Shown here one piece after another: positions 26,394 to 38,460 of a stretch of DNA of 64,000 nt. The notes below the pieces were generated by a model that saw only the letters and a list, made by a program, of their open reading frames with translations, had not been told where the DNA came from and ran no database searches. The DNA is from the human T2T-CHM13v2.0 reference genome, Homo sapiens: NCBI RefSeq assembly GCF_009914755.1, contig NC_060933.1; one strand, written 5' to 3'. The translations under genes and the position numbers were made by a program. Within the stretch, counting starts at the first letter, position 1. Each line of letters starts with the position of its first letter.

Positions 26394-26559
26394 AAGAAGA
26401 ACAAGAAGGAGGAGGAGGAGGAGAAAGGAGGAGGAGGAGAAAGGAGGAGGAGGAGAAAGGAGGAGAAGGAGGAGAAGGAGAAGGAGAGGAGGAGGAGGAA
26501 GAGGAAGAAGGAGGAGGAGGAAGAGGAAGAAGGAGAAGGAGAAGAAGAAGAAGAAGAAG
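26394..26559. repeat. (GAA/GGA)n purine tract at the L1 poly(A) position
   Basis: Visible directly. Confidence 0.95.
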
Positions 26560-26875
26560 CAGCTGCTGCTCATGGGGCATTGCAGAGGCATTTCGGGGAG
26601 TTTGGATGCCAGCAGAGATGGGCAGGGTGACTCTCTGAGCTGGCATTCTGCTGCCTGCCTCCTGCAAAAGTGACTTCAGCCTCCACTGGGAGGCCCTTGC
26701 TGTGGGAATGAGGCAGAGGCGATTCAGCACCGAGTGCCACCCTTTATGGGAGCAAGTTGAGAATGGGGTGCCAGGGTGCGCCAGGGCGAGGGGGAGTCAG
26801 GAGCCCCTCGCCCAGCAGCCCCTGGAGGAATGCACCCTAGTCTGGCACAGCCGTCTGCAGGCGCGGGGGGCTCGT

Positions 26876-26917
26876 GGATGATGACGTGATAGTCCACTGA
26901 TGTAACCCCTAATTAGG
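26876..26917. promoter_or_regulatory. Candidate element: UPRE/CRE-like, C/EBP-ATF and CArG motifs
   Basis: TGACGTGA 26882-26889; TGATGTAAC 26898-26906; CCTAATTAGG 26908-26917. Confidence 0.3.
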
Positions 26918-27222
26918 CCCCAGAGAGGTTGGCAGGAGAGGCCTCTCAGATAAGGCCGATTTGGTGGAGGGACAGAGGTCCCCCGAGGGGAAGCTGGGGG
27001 GAGTATCAGCTGCAAAGTCAAACAGACCATGAGTTCTCACCAGTGGGCATGGCAGGACCCTCAGCCTCCTCATCTGTGCAATGGGACAATGGTAGCGCCC
27101 GCCCACAGGAGTCACGCTGCAAAATCATGCTCACAGCACTCGGTAAACCATGGGAGAGGGCCTCGGAGAAGATCCAGCGTGGCGATGAAACGTAAGTTAA
27201 AGGAATGTGTTTAGTGGTCCGT

Positions 27223-27300
27223 TCGCGATGTCTTGTTAGCCTCTCGTGATGTATTGTTGGCAGCTCGTGATGTGTTGTTAGCCGCTTGTGATGTATTGTT
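27223..27300. repeat. 21-bp tandem repeat, about 3.7 copies, inside an old L1ME-like fragment
   Basis: tcgtgatgtattgttagc units followed by tgaaaaaagcagtttgca (L1ME 3' UTR-like). Confidence 0.8.
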
Positions 27301-27649
27301 CGATGAAAAAAGCAGTTTGCAAAGAATGATTAAATGACATTCCCGTGAGCTTCCCTGATTCCTACCCGGCATTCCAAAGGGTGAGGCAGCACCTCGGCCA
27401 GCTCACCTTCAACAGCACCCCTGGAATGGGCCCAGAGCCAGGCCCTAAGCCCCCGATACTTGCTTGGGGGGCTGAATGAAGGGGATGAATGAATGAATCA
27501 ATGAAGACTGGCCCCAGTTTTGTGAACAAGATGAAAAAACACACTGGGGAGATGCTCCCCCTGATACCAACAGGCTGGAATTACTGGCGATTTTTTATCT
27601 TCCTTTTTGTGTGACATTCTATTTTGCTTTTGTGTTTTTTGTTTGTTTG

Positions 27650-27682
<33 letters not shown>

Positions 27683-29714
27683 CATTTCCAAAGTGCTGCA
27701 GGGAATGTGTGGGACTTTTGCATTCACATAAAAGGTCACCATTGGTGAATGTTTAATAGCCCTTGTCGAGGTGGGTGTAGGTGCAGGATTCACACGCCCT
27801 GCTCCCTGGCCCTTCTGCAAGGCTGGATGGGAACAGGGAAATTCTTAACCCAAAGGACATTGGGCACCAGAGGCCCCAGTGGGCACAGGTGGCAAGGCCC
27901 AGCGTGGGCCATGTCCCTCCCCTCCTTCCACACCCTACCCTCGGCACACGGCATTTTGCAAGGGATGAGAAGGAAAAAGAAAGGTCCTCCCGGCTGCCAT
28001 GTGCGGGCCCTGGGTAACAAAAGTGATTGTGTACTTGAGGAAAGGAGACGGTTATGAGAAACACTCCCCGTTACAGCATTTTACGTTCGCAGGGAAAATG
28101 CCAGGCCTTGCTGGGTGGGACCAGCCGGGCTTGCACAAAAGCCCCTTTGTTCACCCCCAGCGCCCGACAACGGCACAGAGAGAAATTATCTTTTCAGCAA
28201 AAGATTAAGCGGGCTTCCAAGCCCAGGCTGGCTCATTTCCATGCGGCTGAGGGGAGACCCCTCTCTGGGGCCGCCCATCCTGGTGCCCTCTCCTGCCCCA
28301 GGTCCCAGTGGGCCCCCAGGAGGAGGCGGCAGCAGCTGGGGTGGAGGAGGGGACTGGAGTGGACAGGGCGCCGCTCGGCACAGGGGCACACTGGGCACAG
28401 CCCTGGCGATAGGATGCCATTGCCCCAAGTTACAGATGAGGAAGTGGAGGCAGGCAGGCAGCTGCCCAGGCCTCTGCAGAAGGCTCGATCTGGCATCCCT
28501 GGGCAGGACAGGCCCTCCCTGCCTTGGGAGAGGGATGTTATCAGTGGGAGGGGCTCTGGCCACCCAGCCTGGCATCAGGGGATGTCGGTGTGTTTGAGTA
28601 TTAACCCCTAGCGGGGCTGAAAAACCAGCCTGCCGCTCTCACCTGCCCACCTGGCCCCAGCCCAGCCTGGCACCCGAAACTCCTGGTTTCAGTCTTCACT
28701 GTGTCCGAGGCTGGGGGCTCCTCCTTCTGCCAGCAAACCCCAGCCCCTGCCCCCATCATCGCTCCTGAGAAAGCCCCTCCCACTCCTGAGGAAGGGGTGC
28801 CTGGCCGGGCCCCACTGGGTGGGGCAGGCCTTGCGGGGCTGGGGCACTGGAGTCACTAGGAGCAGGGCGAGTCTGGACAGGTCAGGGCCACCCTCGAGTC
28901 TCCAGGCTGGTACCAGTGGGGCCTCCGCAGCCCACATGGGAGCAAGAGCAAGGTCTGCCTGTGGAGGAACCTCTGGCCACTCTGTGGAGGGCCCTGCACT
29001 GGGAAACTGAGGCCATCTGCATCTTTACAAGACGGAGGAGACAGGGAGGGTGGGGCCTAGAGCCAAGGAGGGTGGGGCTCAGAGGGCAAGGCTGTCCCAG
29101 GGGGAGGGAAGGGTGGAGGGCCCAGGTGGCAGGAGATTGGGGTCCAAAATGCCCCAGATGTGGGGGGCTGGGCTGGGCTGCACCCACCAGGACTTCCTTG
29201 GGTCACCTGGCACCTCCTCTGTCCTACGTTACCCACCCACTAGCCTCACCTCCAGGCCCAGAAACTCCACAGCAGAACTGCAGCCGTGGGAGCTGGGGAA
29301 GCCCCTGAGTGCGGGGTCCAGCTGCTGCCCCATTGACAGGGGAAAGTCAAGGCTGGGTGGGGTGGGGGGGATGGGCAGGAGCAAAGGCGGCTCCCATTGG
29401 CCACCTCCAGTCTGAACCCAGCAGCTAGCACAGTGGAGAAGGCCCCAGAAGCTGCCCTCCCTCTCCACCCAGCTTCCTGCTGCTAAAAAAATGGACACAG
29501 GCCTGTCTCTGACACTTCAGTGACCACCAGGCGGTGCATGGCCTGGCCCTCGAGCCAGTCCAGGCTACTGCCTGCAGAGCCCGGAGTAGGGCTCACATGC
29601 CCACATGGGCCAGCGATGGGCCCGCCATTGCGCTGGGGGCCCAGGGCAGAGACGGCCCAGCAGGTGATGTGAAGGCCATGAGCGTGTGGGACACATGGGT
29701 GCCCAGGGGAACAC

Positions 29715-30696
29715 CAGGAGCACCTGGGGCAGTGTGGGCATGAGGGCAGCAGGGCAGTGTGGGCAGGAGCACCTGGGGGAGTGTGGGCAGGAGGGCAGCA
29801 GGGCAGTGTGGGCAGGAGCGCCTGGGGCAGTGTGGGCATGAGGGCAGCAGGGCAGTGTGGGCAGGAGCACCTGGGGGAGTGTGGGCAGGAGGGCAGCAGG
29901 GCAGTGTGGGCAGGAGCGCCCGGGGCAGTGTGGGCATGAGGGCAGCAGGGCAGTGTGGGCAGGAGCACCTGGGGGAGTGTGGGCAGGAGGGCAGCAGGGC
30001 AGTGTGGGCAGGAGCGCCTGGGGCAGTGTGGGCATGAGGGCAGCAGGGCAGTGTGGGCAGGAGCACCTGGGGGAGTGTGGGCAGGAGGGCAGCAGGGCAG
30101 TGTGGGCAGGAGCGCCTGGGGCAGTGTGGGCATGAGGGCAGCAGGGCAGTGTGGGCAGGAGCGCCTGGGGCAGTGTGGGCATGAGGGCAGCAGGGCAGTG
30201 TGGGCAGGAGCACCTGGGGGAGTGTGGGCAGGAGGGCAGCAGGGCAGTGTGGGCAGGAGCGCCTGGGGTAGTGTGGGCATGAGGGCAGCAGGGCAGTGTG
30301 GGCAGGAGCACCTGGGGGAGTGTGGGCAGGAGGGCAGCAGGGCAGTGTGGGCAGGAGCACCTGGGGGAGTGTGGGCATGAGGGCAGCAGGGCAGTGTGGG
30401 CAGGAGCGCCTGGGGCAGTGTGGGCATGAGGGCAGCAGGGCAGTGTGGGCAGGAGCACCTGGGGCAGTGTGGGCAGGAGGGCAGCAGGGCAGTGTGGGCA
30501 GGAGCGCCTGGGGTAGTGTGGGCATGAGGGCAGCAGGGCAGTGTGGGCAGGAGCGCCCGGGGCAGTGTGGGCAGGAGGGCAGCAGGGCAGTGTGGGCAGG
30601 AGCACCTGGGGCAGTGTGGGCAGGAGGGCAGCAGGGCAGTGTGGGCAGGAGCGCCCGGGGCAGTGTGGGCAGGAGCGCCCGGGGCAGTGTGGGCAG
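29715..30696. repeat. 49-bp G-rich VNTR, about 20 copies (24+25-bp subunits, partly alternating 98-bp higher order)
   Basis: CAGGAGCRCCTGGGGSAGTGTGGGCAKGAGGGCAGCAGGGCAGTGTGGG. Confidence 0.98.
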
Positions 30697-31130
30697 CGGG
30701 GCAGCTGGGGCCATCCCTGGGCCTGTTGGGCTGCTCAGCCCCCTCCCAGTCCCCAGGCCCTCACTGCCTTTGGCCACTGTAGGTTTGCGTGGCCACTGGC
30801 AATCTGGGCCCAGCCTCCTGGCGGGAGTGCCTGATGAAGAGCGGGGGCCACCACCCCTTCCCGTCCCAGCCAGAGGCCCCCAGCCCTCCTCACAAGACCC
30901 CCAGGAGTGTCCCGGGCCTGCCCTCATGTTGGGGTGGGGCTCACAAGGCTTAGCGGCCAGCCAGGCCGCAGGGCAGCATTCCTGGAAGCCCGGTGGAGTC
31001 GCCCGGCTGAGAGGAAAAGCCCAGTCTCTGTCCCCGCCTGCACCAGGTAGGACCTGTGCCTGAGCCCAGGGCGTGGTAGGATCCTCTCTCCCTGTGGTTG
31101 CAGTACCCACGGAGCTCCTCAGCACCACCC

Positions 31131-31178
31131 CGTCTTCATCGCCTCCTTTCAGGGCGTCTTCATCGCCTCCTTTCAGGG
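31131..31178. repeat. Perfect 24-bp tandem duplication
   Basis: cgtcttcatcgcctcctttcaggg x2. Confidence 0.9.
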
Positions 31179-32484
31179 AGGCACCCTCCCTGCCTCCCCT
31201 TCACGCTGATGCCAGCAGGAGCCCTGGGAGACCCACAGGGGAGGTCCCAGGAGGAAGGGCTCCCCTAGGACCTCAGGCTTCCCAGAGCCCTAGGTCCAGC
31301 CCAGGGGACCCCAGAGACTCACCGGGTGGCCTCAGGACATGCTGACGGGGGTGCAGGGCCTCCCAGGCATGACGGGCCGTTCCCGTGCCCTCCCTTGTGG
31401 CCTCTCCCCTCCCCTTGTCCCCTTGTCTCCCGTGGGGTCTGCTGGGCTGAAGGGGTAGGCTCCCAGCGTCACCATCAATGTTGGTGGGAGTGGAATTGTG
31501 CTTGAAGGAGCCCCCACCCCAACTCTGCTCCTGTACCAGGATCCTGTGGGAAGCCCCAAGAGGGGGGCAGGAGTCAGAGGTGGCCTGGGGTCATGGCCCT
31601 GCCCCCGCGTGACCCCTCCTCTGGCACTTAGCCTCCTGAGACCCACGGCTGGGCAGGGAGGGATTCAGCAGACAGTGGGGTCTGGCCCCCAGAGCAGGAG
31701 GTGGGGAGGGAGAGCCAGGTGGCCCTGGAAGGCAGGCGGGTGCCCAAGGCCTGGGAAGCCGGAGGGGAGTGGGTAGTGGGGAGGGGCTCTGGGGCTCAGC
31801 ATCCGCCGCCCCCCTCTTGCCAACCACCAACTGGCGGGCCCGGGAACAGGGGCTGTGCTATCGGCTGTTGTCTCAGGCCCTGCTCTTTGGTGTGCAGAGG
31901 GTGGGGGCTGCCTCCCAGGGCCCCATTCAGCCGCCTTCACTCTGGCAGGGGGGCCAGCCGCAGTAACACAAAGAAAACTTTGTCCCGGCAGCCGGTCCCC
32001 AGGGCCTCCCGTCCATGTGCAGAGCAGGACTCCGGGCCAGCGGCACAGGGCTGTGCCATTGAGGCAGCTCAGGGTCTCCCAGCCTCCCAGCCTCTGTCTG
32101 CTCTGAGAGCATGCAAAGCCCCCCGAGGGCGAACAGGAAGCCTCAGAGCCGCAGAGCACAGGGGCCTCTGGCTGGGGGCAGGGAGGGCCGGGGGCTCTCG
32201 TCCTGCCACTAATTCCAGCTCCCTGCTCTCTGCTCACACAGGGGCGTGTGTGGCCTGTGCTTCTGCCAGGGAAGGAAAAAGCTTTCTCAGGGCCTCGGGC
32301 TGGCTGCGGGCTCAGGTGGTGGTGGAGGGAACAGCCATGGGGCCCTGCCGGGTCCGGAGCTCCGGGCCTGGAGCACCCAGCCAGGTGGGGCTGTGTGTGT
32401 AAAATGCAGCAGCAACCCGTGTTGGTGGGTAGGCATCACACCTTGGTGTGTGTGCATGTGCGAGAGAGGGCATCAGCACACGCC

Positions 32485-33530
32485 TGCGTGCACTGAGGAG
32501 TGTGTGCACTAAGGAGTGTGTGCACTGAGGAGTTGTGCACTGAGGAGGAGTGTGTGCACTGGGGAGTGTGTGCACCGAGGAGTGTGTGCACTGAGGAGTG
32601 TATGCACTGAGGAGTACGTGCACTGAGGAATGTGTGCACTAAGGAGTGTGTGCACCAAGGAATGTGTGCACTGAGGAGTGTGTGCACCGAGGAGTGCGTG
32701 TACTGAGGAGTGTGTGCACTGAGGAACCAAGGAGTGTGTGCACTGAGTGTGTGCACTGGGGAGAAGTGTGTGCACTGAGGAGGAGTGTGTGCACTGAGAA
32801 GTGTGTGCACTGAGGAACCAAGGAGTGTATGCACTGAGGAGTGTGTGCACCAAGGAGGAGTGTGCACACTGAGGAGTGTGTGCACCGAGGAGTGCGTGCA
32901 CTAAGGAGTTTGTGCACTGAGAAGTGGGTGCACTGAGGAGTGCGTGCACTAAGTGGGTGCACTGAGGAGTGTGTGCACTGAGGAGGCGTGTGTGCACTGA
33001 GGAGTGTGTGCACTGAGGAGGCGTGTGTGCACTAAGGAGTGTGTGCACCGAGGAGTGTGTGCACTGAGGAGGCGTGTGTGCACTGAGGAGTGTGTGCACT
33101 GAGGCGTGTGTGCACCGAGGAGTGTGTGCACTGAGCAGTGTGTGCACCGAGGAATGTGTGCACTGAGGAGTGTGTGCACTGAGGAGGCGTGTGTGCACCG
33201 AGGAGTGTGTGCACTGAGGAGTGCGTGCACTGAGGAGTGTGTGCACTGAGGAGGCGTGTGTGCACTGAGGAGTGTGTGCACTGAGGCGTGTGTGCACCGA
33301 GGAGTGTGTGCACTGAGGAGGCGTGTGTGCACTGAGCAGTGTGTGCACCGAGGAGTGTGTGCACTGAGGAGTGTGTGCACTGAGGAGGCGTGTGTGCACC
33401 GAGGAGTGTGTGCACTGAGGAGTGCGTGCACTGAGGAGTGTGTGCACTGAGGAGGCGTGTGTGCACTGAGGAGGCGTGTGTGCACCGAGGAGTGTGTGCA
33501 CTGAGTGCATGCACTGAGGAGTGTGTGCAC
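32485..33530. repeat. 16-bp (variants up to about 21 bp) VNTR, about 60 copies (TGTGTGCACTGAGGAG)
   Basis: Visible directly. Confidence 0.98.
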
Positions 33531-34999
33531 ACGCATGCCGCAGGACCCTGTGTGCCTTAGCGCAGATGCCCGCCTGCACGTCCGCATGTGTGCCTGCATC
33601 CTGCCAGCAGTTGACAGCATCTTGGCATCCCCGGCGTGCGTGGTGTGCTGCCCGGGCAGGTTCCTTCCCCTCTCCGCCGGGGCCCTGGCCCCTTGGGGAT
33701 GCAGGTCATGTCTGGACACTGAGCTCTACTGGCACTGGGTGGGGGGAGGGCCAGCACCCCCCTCCCTGGACTCCTAGAAGCTGTGGGCAGCCCCCCAGCC
33801 GAGGGCCAGGGTGGGCGAAAGGTAGAGAGGACTCCTGCCCAAGTTTGCCAGGCTGGGGCCTCAGGGCACCTCGGTGATGCCCTAGGGACAACCCTGAGTT
33901 GGGTACTGAGGGAATCTGGATGGAGCCCACCCCTCAGAGCGGGAGTGGGCGAGAGACGAGAAAGGGAAGGCCCCAAAGCCAGGGTCGAATGGAGTCAGCG
34001 GCCGAGGGGGCAGGTGGGCGGGCGGGGTTGGGCGGGGTTGGTCGGGCTCCCAGAGGAGGGAGCTCGAAGGGCCACGGGACTCCTGCAGCCGGGGGCACAG
34101 CCTCCCTAGCTGCAGAGTACCTCATCCTCATCCCGGGTCCACCCGCCCCAGTGCTGGCAGGTGGCTGCGGGGCCAGCGGGGATGGGACCTGGCCTGCCTC
34201 ATCTCATGGTTCCAGTGTCTGTCAGCAGTGAGTTTTGCAGCTGGGGCGGGGACAGGGGGAAGGCGGACAGGAGGCGGGTGCAGGTGGAAAGGACATCTGC
34301 CTGGGAACGTGGAGCAGCGAGCGCTCGGCCTGGGGCACCACAAACATCTGGGACCCAGGAAGGGGAAGCGAGACTGTACTTTGAGGGATCGTTTCTATAG
34401 GTCACTACTGGAGAAGCGTTTCTGAACGTGCAGAGCATAGAGGAGGAAGCGACCCCCGCCCCATGGTTGGTCGGGGGAGGGAGGAACGTGTGGGGTCGGG
34501 TCTCCCAGGCTCCCAGGTGGGCTTCAGCTGACCCCCTGCAGGCCCCCCAACCCCGGTTCGGGCACTGGCTTACACATTCTCAGCTGACCACCCCCCACCC
34601 AATTTCTGTCCTGGGAAAAGGGCAGGAGCCATGGACCCAGCCTCTTCAGAGAGGGTGGCCCCAGGGCCCGACCCGGCCTTTTCCCCAGCATCCCACCATT
34701 CCTACACCAAGGTTCTGTTGCTTTGGTTCAGCCAGTGCCTCCGAGCTTATGAAGTGTGGGTAGCAGTCACTCACACTCCAGCAAGAACGGTTTGCTTCCA
34801 TCCTCTGCCAGGGGCCTCCTCAGACCCCTTCTAAATGCCTGGCGCTGACAAAGTGCCCAGAACCACTTATCATCTGTGACTCCTCCCTACTGTGACCTCC
34901 ACCCCCACCAAGCCTTGGCTTTTCTGTCTCAGAGCCACAGGCCCTGGAGAGCGTGGGGATGGCACCCCTCCCGGGAGGGCCTGGACCCTGTGCCAGGGA

Positions 35000-35140
35000 C
35001 TTACTGGCCACTTTGTGTACACTGTAGACTCTACAGCAATTCCTACGATATTCATGCAACATTTTGGGGCCTGCATTTTCTCCCCGTCTTACACCAGAGG
35101 AAACTGAGGCCTGGCGAGGCTAAGCTAGCTGCCAGGCCTC
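35000..35140 (+). mobile_element. MIR fragment
   Basis: ccccgtcttacaccagaggaaactgaggc. Confidence 0.6.
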
Positions 35141-37473
35141 CACCTGGGGGGCAGAGGGAGGTTGGAGGTGGGGCTTGCGCCCGGGTGTGCCTGCCTCTAA
35201 CGTCTGCGCTTCTAGTCATGGCTTTTATTGTCCCCAGTAAAAGAGCCCTGGACTTCGGGCTCTGTCAGGTACTTGGGGCTGCGAGTTGTGAGTTGGGGAA
35301 ACAGGCCGCCGGGAACCAAATATGCTCCCAGGCTCCACAACCAATGAGGGTGTGGCTGGGATTTGAGCCCACATGCCAGGGGTCCTGGTGGGGTCCAGGG
35401 CCTGGCTGGGGCTGGGAGGCGCCGGTGCTTGTGGGAAGACCAGCCAGTGTGGGGCTCTCCTCTGGCCCAGGTGCCTCCAGGCTACTCTGGGTGACCCTGT
35501 GACACCCTGCATTCTCCATTCCCCTAGGCCTCAGTTTCCCCACCAGTCAGAAGGCAGAGACACCTCCTTTCCAGTGAGAGCTTAGCCTGAGGCCCAGGGA
35601 CTCCTCCCAAGGTGGCCCACAGGTGAGCCTCCTGGGGTCTGGAACTCCTTGAGACTCTGAAAATTGGGTGTGAAATGTTGTGCGTTTTTCCAGGGAGACG
35701 GCCCATGCTGTGTGTCACAGCTAAGGTGTCTGCTGTCCCCAAAAGAAACCCAAATGGCCATTGCAGAGATGAGGAAGTAGCTGGAGAAGTCGGGGTTAGA
35801 GGTGTGGAGGGTGGGGCAGGTGCTGGCTGGGGATGAGGAGAGGAGGAGGGAGGTCTGGGTGCTGGGAGATGCAGGGCCATGGGGGCCGGCAGGTGGAGGG
35901 GGTGACTCGTGGGTGGGGCCGAGGGCCATGGTGGGTGGAGGTGCTGGATGGGACGGCTCCGGCAGGAGCTGCCACCTCGCTGAGCTCAGAGACGCCCCAG
36001 GCAGGGCTGGGACTTCCTGACGGACTGTGTGTCCGAGCGGCTGGTTGGAGGCCGGGGTGGGCAACGTCCTGGCCCTCGGCGGGGTGGCTCCTGGACAGGA
36101 TATCCCCGGTCCCACCGCCTGCACTCTCCCATCCCCCAAATCAGCGCTTAGGCGGGGCCTGGGAAGGGAGGAAGGAAGGGAGAGCACTGCCCGCAGGGCG
36201 GGGAAGGTTTATCGCCTGGGACTCCAGGCCCTCCCATCAGGAGCCCTCTATGGCGCCCCCGTGCCAAGATCCAATCTCCCCTGCCCAAAAGTCAGCCCCC
36301 AAATCTGGGCTCCCCGAAGTCCAGCTTCATCCCAAACCCCTCTGCCTATGAGCACGAGGTGTCCCTCCACCGCACCCTGAACACATGCAGGTCCTCCCAG
36401 CTCCGCATCGAGAACTGCCTTCCCCATCGCCTCAGCTGGGACACCATCCATAAAGGGCTGGGGGAAAGCCCCCTCCTCCAGGAAGCCTGCCGTGATAGCC
36501 CACCTGCTGGGCTCCACTTGCTTCTCTGACGGATGGCCATGGCCAGGCACATCACCCCCATTTTCAAGAGGAGGGGGTTTCCTGGGGTCTCCCAGCAAGT
36601 CAGTGGGGAAGCTGGAAGCCGCCACAGGCTGAGCCCCATGCCTTGGGGCTGCCCCACACAGGCTCAGAGAGGCATCGGACCGGGGGCCTGGGCCTCCACC
36701 ACTGTCTGCGAATTTCAGCCCAGAATCCCCTGCCCTCCCCCAGCCCCACCCAGGCCACCCTTTCCACGAGGGTGCCCGAGGTTCCATCTCCGGGCTTCCG
36801 CCTGCCCAAGCTGTTAGGGCCATGCTGACTGGCTTATCAGCTCCTTCCCCTCCCACCGCCCGCCTGGGGGCCTGCCCAGGCCCAGGGCCCTGCCTCTTCA
36901 GGCGCTGCCAGCACACTGCACGTCCAGGCTGGAGGGGACAGCAAGCAGCGCTGGGGCAGGGGAGGGCGGCAGGAGGCTGGAGGCTCTCCATGTACTCACT
37001 GCTCCGCTGGCCAAGGGTGCCTGAAGGTGGGAACCAGAGGCCATGGCACCCCAGGACTGGGTGCTGGGTTCCCACAGGGAAGCTAGGTGAGCTCAGGGCC
37101 CTCCTGCCTCCCGGGTTGTTCTAAGAGCCTGTGGCCCTCCTGAGATCACGGCGAAAGTGAACTCGGCCTCCTGGGGTCACGGGGAACATGAGCCCGGCTT
37201 CCTGTTCTTGGGGCTCACAGGGGCACCGGGGCCTGGGTCAGGAGAGGCCACTCAGTGCTGGGCAGCCGAGGGTCAGCAGGGCTACGGCCAGCAGATTCTC
37301 GGGCCTGGAGGCGCCCTGTGCCTCATAGCTGTGGCCACAATTCTCAGCACCCCTGAGGGCTTGCCCAGGCCGCCCGTCTGCTCCATGTGAGAGGAAAGGA
37401 GTCCAGGCCGCCTGAGCTGCAACTGCTCAAATCCACGTTCTTCTCGTCATCTCCACGTTTAGTTCTACAGTAA

Positions 37474-37736
<263 letters not shown>

Positions 37737-38289
37737 CATTTAACAAGTCTTTACCAGGCCCCTAGTGTGTGCAGGCTCTGATCCTCCAACCAAACAAGCC
37801 AATCGGGATCGGTGGAGACAGCAGTGGGTTCAGTGCTGGGGCCTCAGGCAAGGCCTGTGCCCAGGCCGGGAGGAGGGCAGAGAGCCAGCGCTGGGCAGAA
37901 GGAAACCCAGGAGGCGTGTTCTGGGGGTTTGAGGTCTGTCTGGACACCAGTGTGGCTGGCACCATAGGATCCGGGCCACGTGGGATGTAGAGGGGGCATC
38001 CCGTTCCAAGCCCCTCCCCTGGACGGCAGCTCTTGGCTTGGCCCCAGGCAGGACCTGAGGCTATTTCCAACCCGCCAGAGGCAAGGCCCCGGGGCCGGCT
38101 GTTTGCCTGAGAGACCTGGGTGACGCCAGCTGCCTGGGTGGCTACAGAGGCACTTTCAAGAGCCAGGCACAGGGACAGAGCTTTGCTCCAGCCTCAGGGG
38201 TGCAGCCGTGCTCTGTGGGCCAGGGGAGCCTGCAGCAGGCCTCCAGCTCCCTCCGCCCTGCAGACGCCCAGCTCTGCAGCCTCGTCCCA

Positions 38290-38460
38290 TATCCAGGCCC
38301 TCACACTGAGCTGCCTGAAGGCCCCCAAACTCATGAGGCTGCTGGGCCTCTGTCCAGGCTTTCCCTCTGCCTGGAGTGCCCCTCACCCCTGCCCTGGATC
38401 ACCCAGCGAGTGTCTGTCTCTCTTTAGGTCCAGCTGAGATGTAACCCCCAAACCTTCCCA
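38290..38460 (+). mobile_element. L2 fragment
   Basis: gggcctctgtccaggctttccctctgcctggagtgcccct...tttaggtccagct. Confidence 0.5.

Noticed and set aside
26349-26630. Glu/Lys-rich and Gly/Arg/Glu-rich ORFs (also 39608-40279)
   Set aside because: Translations of polypurine simple repeats.
29483-31128. 511-, 346- and 314-aa Pro/Cys/His-rich ORFs
   Set aside because: Products of the 49-bp VNTR; the unit is not a multiple of 3 and the same peptides cycle through all frames.
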